Shown: one piece after another, positions 58,875 to 64,000 of the stretch
How positions within the stretch are numbered: position 1 is the first letter of the stretch
Layout of the letters: each line of letters starts with the position of its first letter
Source: Vulcanimicrobiota bacterium
GTDB taxonomy: Bacteria > Vulcanimicrobiota > Vulcanimicrobiia > Vulcanimicrobiales > Vulcanimicrobiaceae
Direction: 5' to 3'
Assembly: GCA_963777315.1 (NCBI GenBank)
Contig: CAVZQC010000001.1
Location: 399,172 to 463,171 of the forward strand
DNA length: 64,000 nucleotides
Program-made: the position numbers and the translations under genes
Notes under the pieces: generated by a model
The model's database searches: none
The model's input: only the letters and a program-made list of their open reading frames with translations
What the model was told of the DNA's origin: nothing

Positions 58875-60413
58875 GTGCTGTCACTTGCCTTTTCGGCCGC
58901 CATGTTCGGAATCGACGGCTATGTGGTACGGGTCGAAGCGGACAGCTCGCCGGGCACGCCCGCAATTGCCATCATCGGCCTTCCCGACCGCGCGCTGAAC
59001 GAGGCTCGCGAGCGCGTTCGCTCGGCCATTTTTAACTCGGGCTTTGCGTTTCCGGCAGGCCGATTGCTGGTGAATCTCTCTCCCGCGGACGTGCGAAAAG
59101 AAGGCCCGTCGTTCGATCTGCCGATCGCGCTTGCGCTCATGGCAATCGACGAGCAAATCGACCGGCTCTCACTTCAAAGTTTCTGCGCGCTGGGCGAACT
59201 CGCGCTCGACGGCGCCCTCCGCCCGGTCAACGGTATTTTGCCGATGGTGCTCGGCGCGCGCAATGCCGGCTTTACCAAACTCATCGTTCCGGCCGACAAC
59301 GCGGAGGAAGCCGCGCTGGTGGAAGGCATCGAGCTGTACCCGATCGATTCATTGCAGTCGGCGGTTTCGGTCATTCAGGGCAGCGGGCAAAAATGGCGCT
59401 TCCCGGCGGCGACGCCGGCATCTGCGCCGTCGGACGAATGCTTTTACGGCGACTTTGCCGACGTGCGCGGGCAAAGCGGAGCCAAGCGCGCATTGGAGAT
59501 CGCGGCAGCCGGCGGGCACAACGTACTCTTCGTCGGGCCGCCGGGTTGCGGCAAGACGATGCTCGCGCGGCGGCTGCCGTCGATTCTTCCGCCCATGTCG
59601 TCGGCCGAGGCGCTGGAGGTCACCAAGATCTACAGCGTTGCCGGACTGCTGGGCATTCGACCCGGCATCGTTCGCGCGCGTCCGTTCAGATTTCCGCATC
59701 ACACGATCAGCCAGCCCGCGCTGGTAGGCGGCGGCAGCGCCGTAAAGCCCGGCGAGATCAGCTTGGCGCACCACGGCGTGCTGTTTTTAGACGAATTGCC
59801 CGAGTTTACGCGCGCTGCAATCGAAGTGATGCGCCAACCCCTCGAGGAGGGCGTCGTCACCATTGCGCGCGCAGCCGGCACGTTCACCTATCCCGCGCGC
59901 TTCATGCTGGTTGCGTCTATGAACCCGTGCCCGTGCGGGTATCGCGGTACGCGCAGCGCGGAATGCCGCTGCGATGACGCGGCCGTCGCTAAGTACGTTT
60001 CCAAGCTTTCCGGACCGTTGCTCGATCGCATCGACCTGCAGGTCGAAATCAGCCGGGTCGCTTTCGACGACATGGTGCGCAGCGAACGGGCGGAACGCTC
60101 GGCAACGATCCGCGAGCGCGTCATCGGCGCCCGCAGGCAGCAACGCGCGCGTTTTGCCGGCACGCCGGTCACCTGCAACGCCGAGATACCGGGGAGCGTC
60201 GTGCGCACCTACTGCCGGCTGGACGCCGATGCGATGCAGCTGCTCGCACGCGCCAGCGCGCGACGCCAGTTCTCGGCACGCGCTTTGGATCGCATAGCCC
60301 GCGCCGCACGCACGATTGCGGATCTCGAAAACAGCTCGACGATCGAACCGGCGCACGTGGCGGAAGCCATTCAGTACCGCAGTTTGGAACGGATGGCTAC
60401 ACGGGTCGCCTAA
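58875..60413 (+). CDS. comM: YifB/ComM Mg-chelatase-like AAA ATPase (intact)
   Basis: NLSPADVRKEG, GPPGCGKT, PFRFPHH, FLDELPEF, NPCPCG, SGPLLDRID, AEAIQYR. Confidence 0.96.
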   Translation: MLSLAFSAAMFGIDGYVVRVEADSSPGTPAIAIIGLPDRALNEARERVRSAIFNSGFAFPAGRLLVNLSPADVRKEGPSFDLPIALALMAIDEQIDRLSLQSFCALGELALDGALRPVNGILPMVLGARNAGFTKLIVPADNAEEAALVEGIELYPIDSLQSAVSVIQGSGQKWRFPAATPASAPSDECFYGDFADVRGQSGAKRALEIAAAGGHNVLFVGPPGCGKTMLARRLPSILPPMSSAEALEVTKIYSVAGLLGIRPGIVRARPFRFPHHTISQPALVGGGSAVKPGEISLAHHGVLFLDELPEFTRAAIEVMRQPLEEGVVTIARAAGTFTYPARFMLVASMNPCPCGYRGTRSAECRCDDAAVAKYVSKLSGPLLDRIDLQVEISRVAFDDMVRSERAERSATIRERVIGARRQQRARFAGTPVTCNAEIPGSVVRTYCRLDADAMQLLARASARRQFSARALDRIARAARTIADLENSSTIEPAHVAEAIQYRSLERMATRVA

Positions 60414-60481
60414 CCACCGTCCCATCACCAAAAAGGGGCGGCATCGCAGCGTACATCCCAGTTAAGCGCGGCATCGGCCTC

Positions 60482-60851
60482 TCACGAATTCGAAGACTGG
60501 GGTGGAATCGAATCGGTCTCGCGAGCGAACCAGGCCGCGGCTTTTGAGCGGATGTCGCGCTCGGTCTCGAGCTGTCGCACTTTCTTGCGCAACTTCGCGA
60601 GTTCTTCACGTTCGCGTGTAGTCAAACTCCTCCCGTCGTCCGCTGTCGAGATCCGATTGCTCCACCCAATTCCGCACGGTTTGGGGTGATAGCCCAAACT
60701 GCTTTGCCAGCTCATCAAGATTCTTGCCGGCGCGCGCCAGATCGATGACGTTCTGCCGGAAGTCGAGGGGGTAGGAGCGGGGCTGCTTTTTTGCCATTGC
60801 ATGGGCCTTTCTCGGGTAAGCCGAAAGTGTCCACCGAACGGATCAACTACA
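60482..60851 (-). mobile_element. IS3-family remnant: left IR and OrfA (frameshift near 60628); OrfB lost
   Basis: Minus strand begins TGTAGTTGATCCGTTCGGTGGACAC; YPLDFR...LAKQFGLSPQTVRNWV...LTTREREELAKLRKKVRQLETERDIRSKAAAWFARE; only VFEFVR of OrfB remains. Confidence 0.85.
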
Positions 60852-60908
60852 CGGTAGGCAGCCATTGCGTCCTGTGGTGTTGAACACGGCTAGCAATTAG
60901 CGGCATAG

Positions 60909-60929
60909 CGGGAGCCCCGTAGGCTCCCG
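60909..60929 (+). promoter_or_regulatory. 8-bp hairpin just 5' of the SD of the accessory operon
   Basis: CGGGAGCC-CCGTA-GGCTCCCG, then AGGAG and ATG 60942. Confidence 0.45.
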
Positions 60930-60941
60930 TCAGGAGTGGTT

Positions 60942-61199
60942 ATGCAACGAGGCATCAATACAGAGTTAGAACACAGCGCTACGGCTGGCGAGTCCTTACA
61001 AATAATCGCCAAGACGCTTGCGCTTATCGCGCTACGAATGGGGTCCGAGGCGAACGCCACACTTAACGACCGCGCCGCATTTCTTGCAAGCCTCGGCTTT
61101 GACACAAAAACCATAGCGGGAATGCTTGAAACGAGCATTACGACGATAGCGCCAATGCTTTCGCGTCGTAAGTCTCAGACCAAGAAGCGTACACGGTAA
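60942..61199 (+). CDS. small HTH-like protein A
   Basis: SD AGGAG; LASLGFDTKTIAGMLETSITTIAPMLSR HTH-like pattern and basic tail. Confidence 0.75.
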   Translation: MQRGINTELEHSATAGESLQIIAKTLALIALRMGSEANATLNDRAAFLASLGFDTKTIAGMLETSITTIAPMLSRRKSQTKKRTR

Positions 61200-61205
61200 G
61201 CGCGA

Positions 61206-61481
61206 GTGAAAACGATAAACACTTTCCCGAGCGGAGCAGACAGTGAGCTTGTCGCGGTTCTGCGAATGATATCGCGTAGCTTATCCATCTGCGCGTTGCA
61301 GTTTGCGCCCACAAGCTTCGAGGGCAACCGTGACCGCATAACCTATTTGGCTGGGCTCGGCCATGACGCGGAAGATATAGCAGCAATACTTAACATCGGT
61401 TTGAAGAACGTGGCAAATCGCCTTGCTGAGACGCGTAGCACAGGAAAGCGCAAGAAACGCAGTGGTAAGAATAAATCCTGA
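61206..61481 (+). CDS. small HTH-like protein B, paralogue of A
   Basis: LAGLGHDAEDIAAILNIGLKNVANRLAE; aligns without gaps to protein A. Confidence 0.75.
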   Translation: MKTINTFPSGADSELVAVLRMISRSLSICALQFAPTSFEGNRDRITYLAGLGHDAEDIAAILNIGLKNVANRLAETRSTGKRKKRSGKNKS

Positions 61482-62302
61482 GCTGCTTAATAAGCTGCAA
61501 GCGAAGCTTGGCATTAAACGGGCGCGTGCCTACCAACTAATTCAGGAACACGCCAACGAACAGGTGCTTCCCCCGGATTTGGCGGCACTTTCACTTGCAA
61601 TGCGCAACGGCATCAACGTAACCCGCTACGCGCGCGAAGGGCAGTTGGCTGAAATTCGGCACGCGGGACGCATTAGGGGAGGCGATCCCGCGCCGCCTCC
61701 ATCGGTTTCGGCAGAGCCGTCAAAACGCGCCGAGCACGGCAGTCGAAAGCCTGCACCCTCTAAGGCACTGAAAAAACGCCGCGCCAGCAAGTCGGTGTTT
61801 GTTATCCACGGCCGTGATGAAAAGGTTCGGAAGGCGCTTTTCGACATGCTACGCGGCATCGGATTATCCCCAATGGAGTGGAGCACAATAATTGCGAAAA
61901 CCAAGCAGGGCTCGCCTCACATTAGTGATGCGCTCGATGCCGCGTTCGCTTCCGCTGATGCGGTGGTTGTATTGCTTACGCCAGACGACGAGGCGATGCT
62001 CAAGAAAGAGCTTCAAAAGCGAGACGACCCTGCGTTTGAGAAACGTCCCACGGGACAGCCAAGGCCGAACGTGCTTTTTGAAGCAGGAATGGCGTTCGGT
62101 CGCCACCCGGACAGAACCATCATCGTTCATGTTGGCAAGATTCGTCCTTTTAGCGACGTTCTTGGACGGCATTACATAAAGCTCGACTAGCGATACAAAA
62201 AGCAAGTGGGACTTGGCCCGGCGTCTCCAGACGGCTGGATGTAACATTGATACGAGTGGCGACGATTGGTTAGACGATGACGGCGCGTTTACCGTGAGGT
62301 AA
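61462..62302 (+). CDS. TIR-domain (CAP12/Pycsar-type) protein with N-terminal helical domain (frameshift near 62188)
   Basis: SVFVIHGRD, VVVLLTPDD, QPRPNVLFEAGMAFG, PFSDVLGRH; C-terminus DLARRLQTAGCNIDTSGDDWL in the +1 frame to TAA at 62300-62302. Confidence 0.85.
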
Positions 62303-62386
62303 ACGATGCTTGCTCATTGCCGCTGCCAGTGACATAGACAGTATGGTACTTCCCTCGTTTCTCTAATCCGCAACGGAGAATGCCAA

Positions 62387-62633
62387 GTGAAGAATATTCA
62401 GAGTACACCGAAAGGCCGGGCGTTGTCGCGTCGATAACAATCTGTTTTCGTGGAAGCGCGGCGGCGCGTGTCCAATATGCGGCGGGAAAGCCGAAGAAGC
62501 GCCGACGACGGAGCCGACCGCGAAGAAGCGCACCGGGCGCGCACCAGAAACCACGCGTGCCGCAACGGGAAAGCGCGCGCCCAAGTCTCCGGCCAAGAAG
62601 CCCGGTAAAGCACGCCGGAGCGCAAAGAAATGA
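62387..62633 (+). CDS. putative small Zn-ribbon-like protein with Lys/Arg/Ala/Pro-rich tail (one indel near the start)
   Basis: Frame reads IFRVHRKAGRCRVDNNLFSWKRGGACPICGGKAEEAPTTEPTAKKRTGRAP...PAKKPGKARRSAKK*; GGAG lies 8 nt before GTG 62387. Confidence 0.45.
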
Positions 62634-62755
62634 CGGTTCTCATCTTTGTGCTTCTCGCCGTGTTTGTGCTACTGCCGTCGGCGTCGCTCTGGTCGTTCGT
62701 CGGCACCTTCGTCCTGTCGGTTATAGCCCGGCCTCAGGGCTCCGATAATTTCTAA
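62630..62755 (+). CDS. putative 41-aa hydrophobic peptide
   Basis: ATGA overlap with the upstream stop; MTVLIFVLLAVFVLLPSASLWSFVGTFVLSVIARPQGSDNF. Confidence 0.4.
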   Translation: MTVLIFVLLAVFVLLPSASLWSFVGTFVLSVIARPQGSDNF

Positions 62756-62979
62756 GGTGAACCGCGAACCTTCCGAGGGTGTGACAGAAGTCGTGAAGTT
62801 CTGCTCCATCTGCGGAACTCCCGTGCAGCGAGCCATCTTTGGCATTCTTGCGTACCGTTGCGACGCTCCCCGACAAGTACGGGATTCACCTCGAATGCGA
62901 ATCGTACCCTACGCCCGCGTGTTCACGAAGGGCAGGCACGCGCCGCATGGTTTTGTGGGGGTATCGGGACGCTGCGCGA

Positions 62980-63987
62980 TCAAGGCTGAGCTTTCGTTAG
63001 CGTGATTGCGTACAGGTAGGAATCGCGCCACTCTCCTTTTTGAAAGACGTCACGGAGGAAGTGCCCCTCGCGCCGCATGCCAATTTTCTCCATGACGCGC
63101 CGCGAACCAACATTGCGAGTATCGCAAGTGGCCCAGATTCGCTGCAGGCTCAAGGCGGAGAACGCCACGTGAATAATCGCGCGCGCGGCTTCGGATGCGT
63201 AGCCTCGATTCCAATACTTTTGGTTGATGACATATCCAAAATCCGCTGTTTCATTCGCGTCGTCCACGATTGCGAGGCGAATCGCGCCGATGAGCTTATG
63301 TTCCCTTTGCAGTTCGATCCCCAACGTGACTTCATCGCGCGGCCAGACTGCTTGTTCTCTTAAGCGCTCGCTGAGAACGGCTCGCGTTTCATCCGGAGTA
63401 TTTGGCCCCCAATGCACGTAACGGACCACAAGGGGATCGCTTCCGTATTCATGTACGTCTTGCTCGTCGGTCGCCGCCAAGTCGCGGAGCAACAGCCGAT
63501 CGGTTTTAATGGGGAACCACTTTTCGGTATCCGCCCTGTACCCACCGATCTTAGCCGGCTGCCATAGCATGCGTGTTCGCTCGGGCATTTCGGGATCGGC
63601 GTCCGCAATGCGGAAGCCAAGACGCTGATACAATGCCCGCGCCTTCACGTTGCTCGGCTCAACAAGAAGATCGACCGGCGCAGAATGCCTGCTCAGAACC
63701 TCCGTCAAGAGCGCCGTGCCAAACCCCTTCCGGCGAAAATCCGGGTGAACTGCGACCGACCGTATACGTATCGGCCGTCGAGTCAGGTCCGCGAGCGCCC
63801 ATCCGATAACTTTGTCGTCAGCGTTGGTCGCTACGGCAGTATCATAGTCTGCTGAGTGAACGATCGTTTCGTAGAAATCGGGCTCGTACTGCTCGGTGGT
63901 TGCAAATGAGAGCCGGTCGATGTCCCGCACCGCAGAAACATCAAACCGGGTCAGGCGGCGCATCATGATGCGTTCGACCCGGCTCAC
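62980..63987 (-). CDS. tandem GNAT acetyltransferase (RimI-like fused to RimJ/RimL-like); start uncertain
   Basis: VAVHPDFRRKGFGT...NVKARALYQRLGF, then YWNRGYASEA...NVGSRRVMEKIGMRREG. Confidence 0.85.
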   Translation of the reverse strand: MSRVERIMMRRLTRFDVSAVRDIDRLSFATTEQYEPDFYETIVHSADYDTAVATNADDKVIGWALADLTRRPIRIRSVAVHPDFRRKGFGTALLTEVLSRHSAPVDLLVEPSNVKARALYQRLGFRIADADPEMPERTRMLWQPAKIGGYRADTEKWFPIKTDRLLLRDLAATDEQDVHEYGSDPLVVRYVHWGPNTPDETRAVLSERLREQAVWPRDEVTLGIELQREHKLIGAIRLAIVDDANETADFGYVINQKYWNRGYASEAARAIIHVAFSALSLQRIWATCDTRNVGSRRVMEKIGMRREGHFLRDVFQKGEWRDSYLYAITLTKAQP

Positions 63988-64000
63988 CGTGTGACCATCG

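Noticed and set aside
58875..60413. comM disrupted by an integrated element
   Set aside because: The ORF is full length through AEAIQYR; the island lies downstream.
62188..62190. Amber readthrough or pyrrolysine in the TIR gene
   Set aside because: The conserved continuation is in the +1 frame, not in frame with the TAG.
62757..63005. 82-aa ORF with a CSIC motif
   Set aside because: No clear second Cys pair or family match, and it overlaps the GNAT end; insufficient support.
1..64000. CRISPR arrays, tRNA and rRNA genes
   Set aside because: No regularly spaced repeats or recognisable structural RNA seen by eye, and intergenic spaces are short. A covariance-model scan was not run.

Overview
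GC-rich bacterial chromosome segment, mostly housekeeping genes. The gene mix (gcvPA/PB, scpAB, rbgA, prp, pdxST, a ycf45-like AAA-R3H protein, a LolA-like protein, prepilins) suggests a diderm Terrabacteria lineage such as Ca. Eremiobacterota; this is inference only. Contents in order: MTAP; holB-tmk with an Arg/Lys/Orn decarboxylase; bioD; pdxST; ispE; ubiX; a DNA-repair block (PD-(D/E)XK nuclease, degenerate UvrD helicase, dinB, nfo, scpAB); a speE-SDR-PaaI-gcvTHP run; speD; sufB with a Rieske ferredoxin; rplU-prp without rpmA; trmD-rplS-three lepB-rbgA-rnhB-yraN; a kinase/APC/USP/kup block; a ribose-type ABC transporter; comM/yifB. About ten conserved or essential genes carry single-base frameshifts, most likely uncorrected long-read errors. 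Directly after comM (from ~60.4 kb) an accessory region starts with an IS3 remnant. It holds the best candidate for an undescribed system: two paralogous small HTH-like proteins plus a CAP12/Pycsar-type TIR-domain protein, with no cyclase in view. Next most notable are candidate uORF/leader controls on speD and on the basic amino-acid decarboxylase. No rRNA, tRNA or CRISPR array was recognised.
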